Shown: positions 9,640 to 19,906 of the stretch, in pieces
How positions within the stretch are numbered: position 1 is the first letter of the stretch
How the letters are laid out: each line of letters opens with the position of its first letter
DNA from: Patescibacteria group bacterium
Lineage (GTDB): Bacteria > Patescibacteriota > Minisyncoccia > Phycocordibacterales > PALSA-1337
Reading direction: 5' to 3'
DNA: 64,000 nucleotides
Assembly: GCA_028865095.1 (NCBI GenBank)
Contig: JAGWLA010000002.1
Span: forward strand, 49,319 to 113,318
Notes under the pieces: generated by a model
Databases searched by the model: none
Told to the model about the DNA's origin: nothing
What the model saw: only the letters and a program-made list of their open reading frames with translations
Made by a program: the position numbers and the translations under genes

Positions 9640-9726
9640 AAAAAATCCCGGCTTTCGTCCAGTCGGGATGTTTCGGGGAAGCGTAAGGAGGTTGAGCTCT
9701 ATAGCATATGAGAAACATCGCGACTG
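9640..9726 (-). promoter_or_regulatory. Transcription attenuator (terminator and antiterminator) upstream of the GNAT gene
   Basis: Terminator atcccgact...agccgggat-TTTTT (9640-9669). Its 5' arm (9660-9674) is complementary at 14 of 15 nt to 9712-9726 inside the leader ORF. Confidence 0.75.
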
Positions 9727-9824
9727 TCCGCAAGCGCGCCCTTGTAGGCGAGCACGAAGTTGGAACCGCGCTCGAAGTGCGGCATCCAAGCGGTCATGAT
9801 GTTGTTCTTATGCTCTCGTTGCAT
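9699..9824 (-). CDS. Leader peptide (41 aa) MQREHKNNIMTAWMPHFERGSNFVLAYKGALADSRDVSHML
   Basis: ORF placed just after TTGACA(9863-9858)-18-TACCGT and ending 30 nt before the terminator. Confidence 0.6.
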   Translation of the reverse strand: MQREHKNNIMTAWMPHFERGSNFVLAYKGALADSRDVSHML

Positions 9825-9953
9825 AACGATAATACGGTACTACGAGAGGGGAGGTGGTGTCAAGGAGAATGGCGCGAATACTTGACTTGATAATCGGAAT
9901 CCATGGTAAAATATAGGTAAGTCAAACCGACCCCAATCCAAAAATCTTGTCTG

Positions 9954-9985
9954 AGGACGCGGTCGGTGTGGCCGCGTCCTTTTTT
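9954..9985 (+). terminator. Terminator in the leader of the 62-aa ORF
   Basis: aggacgcggtc-ggtgt-ggccgcgtcct followed by TTTTT, downstream of a TTGACT...TAAAAT promoter. Confidence 0.65.
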
Positions 9986-10031
9986 GGACGCAAGGTCGAT
10001 TAATAGTCGCTAAAATTCTTTAACCATCCCA

Positions 10032-10220
10032 ATGCCAGACAGATCAAGAGATAGGAATGGCAGGCTTCGCGAGAAGCGTGCTGACACCAAAGTCGAGACT
10101 CTGAAGGAGACCTACCCTGAATTCGAAGGTATAAATGGAAACATGCATCTCGGTACCCTCAAGGAAGCTTTCGGAACGGAATCGCTGGATGGAGTTCGTC
10201 GCGCTCTTCGCGGTGCATAG
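10032..10220 (+). CDS. Small hypothetical protein (62 aa)
   Basis: Has its own promoter and a downstream terminator (10245-10272). Internal RxDTKVxTL / NxNMHLGTL pseudo-repeat. Confidence 0.65.
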   Translation: MPDRSRDRNGRLREKRADTKVETLKETYPEFEGINGNMHLGTLKEAFGTESLDGVRRALRGA

Positions 10221-10477
10221 AACTTCATACAACCTAATACCCTGAAAACAGTCGAGACAAGCGGCTGTTTTTGTATGCCAAGTTTAAACTATTGCAAAAA
10301 TGAAAACAGGAGTATAATTGTCGCACTTGCACGCATGGTCAGGTCGTCCGTTGCGATCATGCGAATCTAGAAGTCCAGAAAACGCTCTTGAAGCGCCGTT
10401 TTCTGATCGGTTTTGTCAATGTTTTATTAATAGTTAACTTAGTATAGACTATGTACACGACACAACTTTTACCTGTC

Positions 10478-11314
10478 ATGATTAGCAAAAAGATATTATC
10501 GAATGTCGAATCGAAGCCGTATTTCCAAAAAGGCGATTTTGTTCTTTATCATGGGGATTCTTTGAATGTTCTGGCTCAGTTGCCGGAGAATTCTATAGAT
10601 ATGATATTTGCAGATCCGCCATACAACCTTTCAAACGGGGGTTTTAGCGTCCATGCAGGCAAAATGGTTAGTGTGAACAAAGGTGACTGGGACAAGAGTA
10701 AAGGATTCAAGGATGATTATGATTTTCATTATCGCTGGCTGGAGGCTTGTAAGCGCATACTGAAGCCAAATGGAACACTTTGGGTTAGTGGAACGTATCA
10801 TTCCATATATCAATGTGGCCATGCGCTTCAGGCGCTTGGTTATCATATCCTGAATGATATTTCTTGGTTTAAGCCGAATGCTTCACCGAACCTAAGTTGC
10901 AGATTTTTCACTGCAAGCCACGAGACGATCATTTGGGCTAGGAAGGACAAGAAGGGGAAACACACTTTTAACTATGAATGGATGAAGAATAAGGAATGGC
11001 CAAGCGACTTTTTTAAGAATCCTAATAAACAGATGAGGAGTGTTTGGCATATACCAGACGTAGAGGATGTTTGGACTGTCGGTACTCCCAAAAGGGAAGA
11101 GAAAACGTTTGGAAAACATCCTACACAGAAGCCGCTGGAACTTCTCCGTAGGATCGTGCTTGCAAGCACAAATAGGGGTAATATAGTCCTTGACCCATTC
11201 ACTGGCAGTTCGACTACGGGAATAGCCTCGATCATGAATGGTCGAAAGTTTGTCGGTATAGATACTACGAAGGATTTTCTTGAGCTTTCAAAGAAGCGAT
11301 TACTAGAATTATAG
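10478..11314 (+). CDS. Site-specific DNA methyltransferase (N4/N6, beta class), DpnA/M2.MboI-like
   Basis: MIFADPPYNLSNGG..VSVNKGDWDK (closely resembles DpnA), HPTQKP and VLDPFTGSSTTG. Alternative start at 10451. Confidence 0.9.
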   Translation: MISKKILSNVESKPYFQKGDFVLYHGDSLNVLAQLPENSIDMIFADPPYNLSNGGFSVHAGKMVSVNKGDWDKSKGFKDDYDFHYRWLEACKRILKPNGTLWVSGTYHSIYQCGHALQALGYHILNDISWFKPNASPNLSCRFFTASHETIIWARKDKKGKHTFNYEWMKNKEWPSDFFKNPNKQMRSVWHIPDVEDVWTVGTPKREEKTFGKHPTQKPLELLRRIVLASTNRGNIVLDPFTGSSTTGIASIMNGRKFVGIDTTKDFLELSKKRLLEL

Positions 11315-11321
11315 AAACAAC

Positions 11322-11843
11322 ATGATCAAAAAAGGAGTTGGAGGAGGAAATACAATAACTGGTCTTCGCTTCGAAAAGAGAGCAAGCATCTTAAAGCTTC
11401 TTAGTAGTCATGAAGGCTATAAAGTAAAAGGTCACATTATCTATTACCAAGGTAATGAAGTAGCGCAAAGTTATAGAAAAAATGGACTATATAAATACCT
11501 CGAATCAAAGGGTGTAGACTACGAAAAATATATATCCAAGAAATTACTTCCCGACGAGGCTATTTATGTGATCAGAAATAACACTCTATTTGTCATAGAG
11601 ATTAAATTCCAGAGTGTTGCAGGCTCGGTCGATGAAAAGCTTCAGACTTGTGACTTCAAGAAAAAGCAATACAAGAAGCTTGTGGCACCACTTAATATCG
11701 ATGCAGAATATATCTATATTCTGAATGATTGGTTTAGGAGACCAGAATATAAAGATGTTCTGGACTATATTATTTCGGTTGGATGCCAGTATTATTTCCA
11801 ATACTTACCATTGGAGAAGATCGGGCTACCAGTCCCAGCCTAA
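11322..11843 (+). CDS. PD-(D/E)XK nuclease, putative type II restriction endonuclease
   Basis: LLPDEA...IEIKFQSVAGSVDEKL; begins 8 nt after the MTase stop; AT-rich. Confidence 0.75.
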   Translation: MIKKGVGGGNTITGLRFEKRASILKLLSSHEGYKVKGHIIYYQGNEVAQSYRKNGLYKYLESKGVDYEKYISKKLLPDEAIYVIRNNTLFVIEIKFQSVAGSVDEKLQTCDFKKKQYKKLVAPLNIDAEYIYILNDWFRRPEYKDVLDYIISVGCQYYFQYLPLEKIGLPVPA

Positions 11844-11862
11844 AGATAATTGTAATAATTTT

Positions 11863-13386
11863 ATGGCTACAAGTTGGAAGGAATGGGAAAATAAAATAGG
11901 AAGAATCTTTAAGAATATTGGTTATACAAAGGTAGATAATATTGATAATTCAATTAATCTACAACCAAGAGAATTCTGTTTAGAGAAGCTGAATCATGAT
12001 ATGCAGGTAGATGTATTTGTCTGTGTTGATAAATCTCAGTGGGTACATATAGAGTGCCGAGATCGGAGGAATCGGACCATAAATGGGTGGCTTCACGAGA
12101 TTAAAGGACGTACTAGCCAACGTCTGACAAAACTAAAGAAAGGATTAAAAATAAAAAATATCAAGGTATTTGGTGTAGCTGCCACATCGCTAAGAGACCT
12201 TGATGGTAAGACCCAGAATGTTGCGGATGATACTGGTGTTGCGCTTTGGCATCACGGAGTAGTGGATTATTTACTTGCTATAACTAAAGGTGCTGGTGGT
12301 CAAGCAGAAGAGCTAGTCTTGAATAGGTGTGGAATTAGGAGAAGTAAGTACTTACCAATAAACATACAAGTTCAACCATGGCCAGGTATATCTGAGTCCT
12401 GGTTTATTGGATACGTATCTCCGCTTCAGATAGCTCACGCGACATTTGTTTATCAACGTGGTAATGGATTTGGAGAATCTGCATATCAGAGATTTCTAAA
12501 ACCACAACGCATTACTGAGATAGCAGACTTTGTTAGAAGTGGTAAATCATTTCCTAATTCAATAGTGATGGCCTTGCCGAAGGGGACCAAGTTGCCAGGC
12601 AGTACCGTAATTAGAGCAAATAATCTAATTACGATTTCGATTCCTGGTGATCCGGAGGGGATCAAGATAATTGATGGTCAGCATAGATTTTTTGGAGCGT
12701 TAGCTTCTGGAATGAACCCGAAGCTTTTGTGCACATTTGTTCAATCTGAAGATCTAGATCAAGCGATCATGTTCGCGAAGATTAACGGTAAACAGGTTAG
12801 TGTTAGTAAGAGCCAATTGATCTCACTATTTTCAATTCCGAATTTTGCAGCAAAGATAGCAGCAGGATACTCAGAAAGAGATCATTTGAAGATTGAACGG
12901 GAGGACACGGTATATAGGGCACTCCAAAGAATGAACCAGAAAGGATTATTTGCTCACAAATTTAATTTTATCTCAGGTAGGCCTTCCAAGGACACGATAC
13001 CGTTTAAATTTATATTTGACACTCTTATGTCACTATGGAATGTTGAGCCGTCCGGACTTGTCACTCTATCAGGGACTACGCAGGAAAAAGGAAAAGTCTT
13101 AGGGGACCGCTTAACATCCTTTTTGTCTGCTTGGGGAAAAGTACTTGGAAAGGAACGCCTTATGGATAGTCAGATATGGTTGCAGCCAACCATGCTAAGT
13201 GCACTAATTAAGACGTATCCAGACTGTAGATGGAATGCTGGGAAAAAGGATGTTGATTCTTGGCTTAAGCGGAGAGGGAAAATATCGTGGATACCTAAAC
13301 CAGAATCTTATCGCGGTGGTTCAGGGGCCTCGACTTTATCAAAGCTGCTATGTAGGAAAATAGGTATCAAGTCACAGTATATTTAG
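11863..13386 (+). CDS. DGQHR (DndB-like) domain protein with an N-terminal restriction-endonuclease-like domain
   Basis: YQR, FPNSIV, IIDGQHR and F..IN motifs. N-terminal WENKI..IF..IGY...QVDV...HIECR resembles Mrr-type PD-(D/E)XK. Confidence 0.8.
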   Translation: MATSWKEWENKIGRIFKNIGYTKVDNIDNSINLQPREFCLEKLNHDMQVDVFVCVDKSQWVHIECRDRRNRTINGWLHEIKGRTSQRLTKLKKGLKIKNIKVFGVAATSLRDLDGKTQNVADDTGVALWHHGVVDYLLAITKGAGGQAEELVLNRCGIRRSKYLPINIQVQPWPGISESWFIGYVSPLQIAHATFVYQRGNGFGESAYQRFLKPQRITEIADFVRSGKSFPNSIVMALPKGTKLPGSTVIRANNLITISIPGDPEGIKIIDGQHRFFGALASGMNPKLLCTFVQSEDLDQAIMFAKINGKQVSVSKSQLISLFSIPNFAAKIAAGYSERDHLKIEREDTVYRALQRMNQKGLFAHKFNFISGRPSKDTIPFKFIFDTLMSLWNVEPSGLVTLSGTTQEKGKVLGDRLTSFLSAWGKVLGKERLMDSQIWLQPTMLSALIKTYPDCRWNAGKKDVDSWLKRRGKISWIPKPESYRGGSGASTLSKLLCRKIGIKSQYI

Positions 13387-13404
13387 TATCCACAGTTGAA
13401 ATAC

Positions 13405-13893
13405 ATGTCCACCGCCAAATCGACACGCTACAGCCCGGAGAGCTTCTTGAAGGGGAAGATAGGGGAATTCGTCTTCGAGGAGATGTTCCGCAGGGCGGGG
13501 AGATTCACGGTCCTGCCATTCGGCTATGAGAAGACCCTGCCGGAGGTGGCTCAAAGGGTCGACCACGTGAGGTACAAGCATATCCTCGAGAATATAAGGA
13601 GCGCGCCGGATTTCGTCATCATCTCCCATGACGCCGCTAACGTCTATATGGTCGAAGTCAAATACCGCACCACCAAGACGGCCGAGGAGATGCTCGAGAT
13701 CGCCAAGGGCATCCAGAAGCGCTGGACCGCCATATGGGTATTCCTGGCCACGCCCGACGGATTCTATTTCGACTCTTGCACCGATATCGTCAAGAATGGG
13801 GGAGCCATGGCGCGGCTCAATACCGGCTGGGTCGATGAGGAGACGCAGAGGGAGTTCGGGGAGTTGCTGAGGAAGTTTGTGCCGGGAAAGTAG
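13405..13893 (+). CDS. PD-(D/E)XK nuclease-like protein
   Basis: KGKIGE..FE.MF, APDF, VEVKYR. Confidence 0.65.
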   Translation: MSTAKSTRYSPESFLKGKIGEFVFEEMFRRAGRFTVLPFGYEKTLPEVAQRVDHVRYKHILENIRSAPDFVIISHDAANVYMVEVKYRTTKTAEEMLEIAKGIQKRWTAIWVFLATPDGFYFDSCTDIVKNGGAMARLNTGWVDEETQREFGELLRKFVPGK

Positions 13894-13918
13894 ATCTGCT
13901 CTGTGTTATTCTTTTGTA

Positions 13919-14422
13919 ATGACCCTGATTTCCACCTGGAAAGATCCCGACGGACACATGGTGCGCTTCGAATATGAGGATGCGGATGATTTCAGCATGC
14001 TGGACAAGAGCAAATGCCGCCAAGTGTATGGCGTCTGCTTCTGTGATGGCAAACTGGTCATAGGCCGCGGCGGGCGCAAGGGGGATTGGGGCCTCATAGG
14101 CGGGACCATAGAGCCTGGAGAGACATTCGAGGAGACTCTGAAGCGCGAGGTTCAAGAAGAGTCCAATATGGAGGTCCTTACCGCCAAACCAATCGGATAT
14201 CAGAAGGCTGTCGATACCCGTGACGGTTCATGGGTATACCAACTCCGTTATGTTTGTCGAGTGCAGCCGTATGGTCCGTTCACCGGCGATCCTGATGGTG
14301 GCAGTATACAGGAGATCAAGCTCATAGATCCCGCCGACTATCGCACATACTTCGATTGGGGAGAGACCGGTGAACGGATGATACATAGATCGATCGAGTC
14401 GATTGAAAGATTATCAAAATAA
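13919..14422 (+). CDS. NUDIX hydrolase
   Basis: Nudix box GGTIEPGETFEETLKREVQEESN; TGTTATTCT 6 nt before ATG. Confidence 0.9.
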   Translation: MTLISTWKDPDGHMVRFEYEDADDFSMLDKSKCRQVYGVCFCDGKLVIGRGGRKGDWGLIGGTIEPGETFEETLKREVQEESNMEVLTAKPIGYQKAVDTRDGSWVYQLRYVCRVQPYGPFTGDPDGGSIQEIKLIDPADYRTYFDWGETGERMIHRSIESIERLSK

Positions 14423-14432
14423 GCAGTCAAAC

Positions 14433-14885
14433 ATGCCCACCCCACGCTCTCAGCGGAGCTACTGGCTCATCAAATCCGAAGGGGATTGCTACTCGATCGA
14501 CGACTTGCGGCGCGACCGGCGCACGGCGTGGACGGGCATACGCAATTATCAGGCCAGGAACTACATGCGAGACATGAAGCCGGGCGACCTCCTGCTCTTC
14601 TACCATTCCATGGCCGACCCCACCGGCATATACGGCATCGCCAAGGTCGCGAGCGCGCCGTATGCCGACCCGACCGCTCTCGACCCGAAGGACGAGCATT
14701 ATGACCCGAAGCGCCCGTGGGTATGCGTGGACGTGGCCTTCGTCAAGAAGCTCGCCGCTCCGGTCTCGCTTGCAGAGATCAAGGCCGATCCTGCGCTCCG
14801 GCATATGCTCGTCGCCCGGCGCGGCCAGCGCCTGTCCGTCATGCCCGTCGAGGAGGCGCATTTCAAGAAGGTGGAGGCTATGTGA
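14433..14885 (+). CDS. EVE domain protein
   Basis: YWLIKSE, WTGIRNYQARN, GDLLLFYHS, RLSVMPV. Confidence 0.92.
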   Translation: MPTPRSQRSYWLIKSEGDCYSIDDLRRDRRTAWTGIRNYQARNYMRDMKPGDLLLFYHSMADPTGIYGIAKVASAPYADPTALDPKDEHYDPKRPWVCVDVAFVKKLAAPVSLAEIKADPALRHMLVARRGQRLSVMPVEEAHFKKVEAM

Positions 14886-14904
14886 TCTTCGGCATTGACA
14901 CGCA

Positions 14905-14988
14905 TGCTATAATAAAGCCTCCGAAGTATTCATCCTATCGTTGTTCCGAGCGTCTATCAGCAGGAATGCCCTCATCAGGGTGTTTTTT
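14905..14988 (+). promoter_or_regulatory. Extended -10 promoter, structured leader and terminator upstream of the toxin
   Basis: TGCTATAAT (14905-14913); terminator atgccct-catc-agggtgt-TTTTT (14966-14988). Confidence 0.55.
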
Positions 14989-15001
14989 AATCCAAAAAGC
15001 C

Positions 15002-15409
15002 ATGGCAAAAGCTTTCGATATCTGGAATTCCGTCAAGAAAAGGCTCGATGACAAGGTCATCGGTCGCGACTTCTATTTCAATGAGCGCGAGATATGGTGG
15101 TGCTCGCTCGGGCTCAATGTCGGAGTGGAGTCTGACGGAAAGAGCGACACGTTCGAACGGCCTGTCCTTATCATAAAGAAATTCAATGGGGACATGGTAT
15201 GGATCGTGCCGCTCACCGGTATGCCGCATGACGATAGGTATCACAGAAAGATAGCGCACGGGCGCAACGAATCGTGGGCGTGCCTGACTCAGATACGCAC
15301 GATCAGCACCAAAAGGCTATTGAGGAAGGTCGGAACGCTCGAGGAAGCATATTATCAAAGCGTAGTGGAGGGAGTCGCAGCCAATATAAAAACGAAACCC
15401 TCGCTGTAA
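15002..15409 (+). CDS. PemK/MazF family endoribonuclease toxin (no protein antitoxin)
   Basis: EREIWWCSLGLNVGVESDGK..FERPVLIIKKFN...VPLT...LTQIRTISTKRL. Confidence 0.85.
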   Translation: MAKAFDIWNSVKKRLDDKVIGRDFYFNEREIWWCSLGLNVGVESDGKSDTFERPVLIIKKFNGDMVWIVPLTGMPHDDRYHRKIAHGRNESWACLTQIRTISTKRLLRKVGTLEEAYYQSVVEGVAANIKTKPSL

Positions 15410-15443
15410 AGCGAGGGAATCTCGGAGGCCGAAGCCGCTAATA
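15388..15443 (-). ncRNA. Candidate ~55-nt antisense sRNA overlapping the 3' end of the toxin
   Basis: TTGACA(15477-15472)-17-TACACT(15454-15449), GGC-UUCG-GCC hairpin, then a CCCUCGC/GCGAGGG terminator with a U-rich tail. Confidence 0.6.
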
Positions 15444-15509
15444 CAACAAGTGTAGGCGAATCGAAGCCGGGTGTCAATATCTTCTTTGTACATCTGCTAT
15501 CATGTCCCG

Positions 15510-15905
15510 ATGATATCCTCGCGCATCCGCATCCGCCTTCGGGTCCCGCTCTGGCAGACCAGGAGCCGCAAGCTGTACATGGCCAACAGGGAAGCCGCCA
15601 GGAGCCTGGTCCATGAGCGGATCGGGCACTTCATGGCGCATTATGGGCCCCGGCATGGCATCGTCCCAGGCCGCGTCGCCATACGCAATCAGAGGAGCCG
15701 ATGGGGCTCGTGCTCCAGGAAGGGCAACCTCAATTTCAATTACAAGATCCTCTTCCTGCCCGCGGCGGCGCGCGACTATGTCATCGTGCATGAGCTGTGC
15801 CATTTGAAGGAGTTCAACCACGGCAGGCGCTTCTGGGACCTGGTGGCCGAGACCGTGCCGGACTATAAGGCGATCAAAAAGGGGATGAGGGAGCGGGTGG
15901 GGTGA
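15510..15905 (+). CDS. YgjP/DUF45 M48-like metallopeptidase/hydrolase
   Basis: RWGSCS..GNLNFN, YVIVHELCHLKEFNH..FW. Confidence 0.88.
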   Translation: MISSRIRIRLRVPLWQTRSRKLYMANREAARSLVHERIGHFMAHYGPRHGIVPGRVAIRNQRSRWGSCSRKGNLNFNYKILFLPAAARDYVIVHELCHLKEFNHGRRFWDLVAETVPDYKAIKKGMRERVG

Positions 15906-15975
15906 GGCGCGATTATAATAGGAAAAGGAAATAAAAGCACGTGATCCATGAGGACCACGTGCCGGTCGATCTCGT

Positions 15976-16317
15976 TCAGTTCTTGCTGCGATCGGAGGTG
16001 ACAGGGAAGAGAGGCTCTTTGATCCACTTGCCAGTGGAGAGCAGCTCTAAGTCCTTGAGCGGCCTGGCGATGAATTCGATCTTCATATCGCGGCCATCAA
16101 AGTCGAACTCTGCTTTGAAGACAAATCCGCCGACGGTCCCCATCATCCCGTATGCGTAATCGGTCTGCATCCATCCCTTGACGGCATGGTCCTGCTTGTT
16201 CAGGCGCATCTTCCGTTTCCTTCCGTCTATCATTTCCTGGGCTGCGAGGAATAGGGAGTTTCGGGCTTCGTCATTCAACGAGCCCCCATCGATTATCAGG
16301 CAATATAGCTTGTCCAT
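15976..16317 (-). CDS. Hypothetical protein
   Basis: 113-aa ORF with a TTGACA-17-TAACTT promoter upstream. Confidence 0.5.
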   Translation of the reverse strand: MDKLYCLIIDGGSLNDEARNSLFLAAQEMIDGRKRKMRLNKQDHAVKGWMQTDYAYGMMGTVGGFVFKAEFDFDGRDMKIEFIARPLKDLELLSTGKWIKEPLFPVTSDRSKN

Positions 16318-16492
16318 TCAATGTCCTATCGTTCGCACTAAGTTAACACATGATAATCCTCATGTCAAATTCTACGATATCTGCACCATAATGGCATCTC
16401 GCCTCGTATCCCTAGTGTAAGAAGGATTGATCTTTGACAGGGAACAGGTTGGAGACAGGCAGGTGTATGTGTCGGCTTATCCATGACTTTAA

Positions 16493-18844
<2,352 letters not shown>

Positions 18845-18862
18845 CCCCGTCTTTCCTGCCGT

Positions 18863-19180
18863 TCAGCCCTCCTCGGCGCGCCTGACGGTCTTGTTGAGCT
18901 TGGCCCATTCTTTTTCTAGGCTGGTCAATGCGTGGCGGCCCTTCTCTGTGAGGAAGCAGCATCGGCGCGGTTCGCCCGCGTCTATCTCGTCGATGCTGTG
19001 CTCGACTAAGCCGTCATGGACGAGGTCGTGGATCAGGGCATACAAGGTGCCGATCGGCGCTTTGTAGCCGAGGGCATTCATCCGTTTGTGGATATGGTTC
19101 GCCGGCTCGGGAACGCGGCGGATGAGCTTCATGACAAGCAGTTCGAGGAACGATCTGGATGAAAATGTAGGTTTTGACAT
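18863..19180 (-). CDS. PadR family transcriptional regulator
   Basis: LELLVMKLI, GTLYALIHDL..DGLV, PRR...LTEKG..AL...W. Confidence 0.8.
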   Translation of the reverse strand: MSKPTFSSRSFLELLVMKLIRRVPEPANHIHKRMNALGYKAPIGTLYALIHDLVHDGLVEHSIDEIDAGEPRRCCFLTEKGRHALTSLEKEWAKLNKTVRRAEEG

Positions 19181-19387
19181 AAGATAACGACGATAATGCC
19201 GGCGAATGGTATTCGCCTATAGGGTGCCATTTTAAATCCTTGGATTTCCAAAGATGCTCTCAAAATGACTCGATAAAATACCCGAATACAGGGATATTCT
19301 GGCAGCGCGATTCATTCACTTCGTAAACCCAAGGATTTTAAAACCCCTTGTGGTGGCAGACACGTTGTCGCGGCGAATCGCCGCCTT

Positions 19388-19885
19388 CTACGCCGTCTTG
19401 ACCTTGAGCTTCGACTGCCTCTTCTTATCCAGCTTCGGCAGCTTCAAGATGAGCAGGCCATGCTTCTCGACCGCTTCGGCGCCGTCGACGTCGATCTCTT
19501 CAGGGAGCGACACGGTGCGCGAGAACGCGCCCCAGTAGAGCTCCTGGACCAGATAATCCCCGTCGCCCGTGACCCGCTCCTCTTCGCGCCTGCCGCGGAT
19601 GGTGACGGCGTCGCGGGTGATGGAGACGTCGAGGTCGTCGGGGCGCACCCCGGCGATCATGCTCTTGACCACGATCATGTCCGGCGTCTGATAGACGTCG
19701 ATGGTGAGCTCCGCTTCTTTGTCGGTCTCCTCGTCGATCCACGACGCGAGCTCGGCCGCCTTCGCCGCCGACGGGCGGGCTGCGAACGAGCCGGCCGCTT
19801 CCGGGCGCACCGCCGGCGCTTCGTCGCCGTCGTCCATCTTGACCGCTCCCGTCAGCCTCTCGAAGAAAGATCTTTTTGTTGCCAT
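19388..19885 (-). CDS. Hsp20/alpha-crystallin small heat-shock protein
   Basis: IDVYQT, AGV..DDLDV, TIRG.R, WGAFSRTVSLP, GLLILKLPK. Confidence 0.92.
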   Translation of the reverse strand: MATKRSFFERLTGAVKMDDGDEAPAVRPEAAGSFAARPSAAKAAELASWIDEETDKEAELTIDVYQTPDMIVVKSMIAGVRPDDLDVSITRDAVTIRGRREEERVTGDGDYLVQELYWGAFSRTVSLPEEIDVDGAEAVEKHGLLILKLPKLDKKRQSKLKVKTA

Positions 19886-19906
19886 GGCGCTATTATACCA
19901 CCCCTC

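Noticed and set aside
10332-10363. TCAGGTC hairpin resembling SRP RNA
   Set aside because: Lacks the GGAA tetraloop and AGCAG of SRP helix 8. Kept only as an unnamed structure.
11863-13386. Dnd phosphorothioate system
   Set aside because: Only a DGQHR domain is present. There are no dndA/C/D/E or ssp genes in the window.
19201-19235. GGCGAATGGTATTCGCC resembling the start of a fluoride riboswitch
   Set aside because: Wrong strand relative to padR, no downstream conserved GCUGAUGAC-like segment, and no fluoride-related gene nearby.
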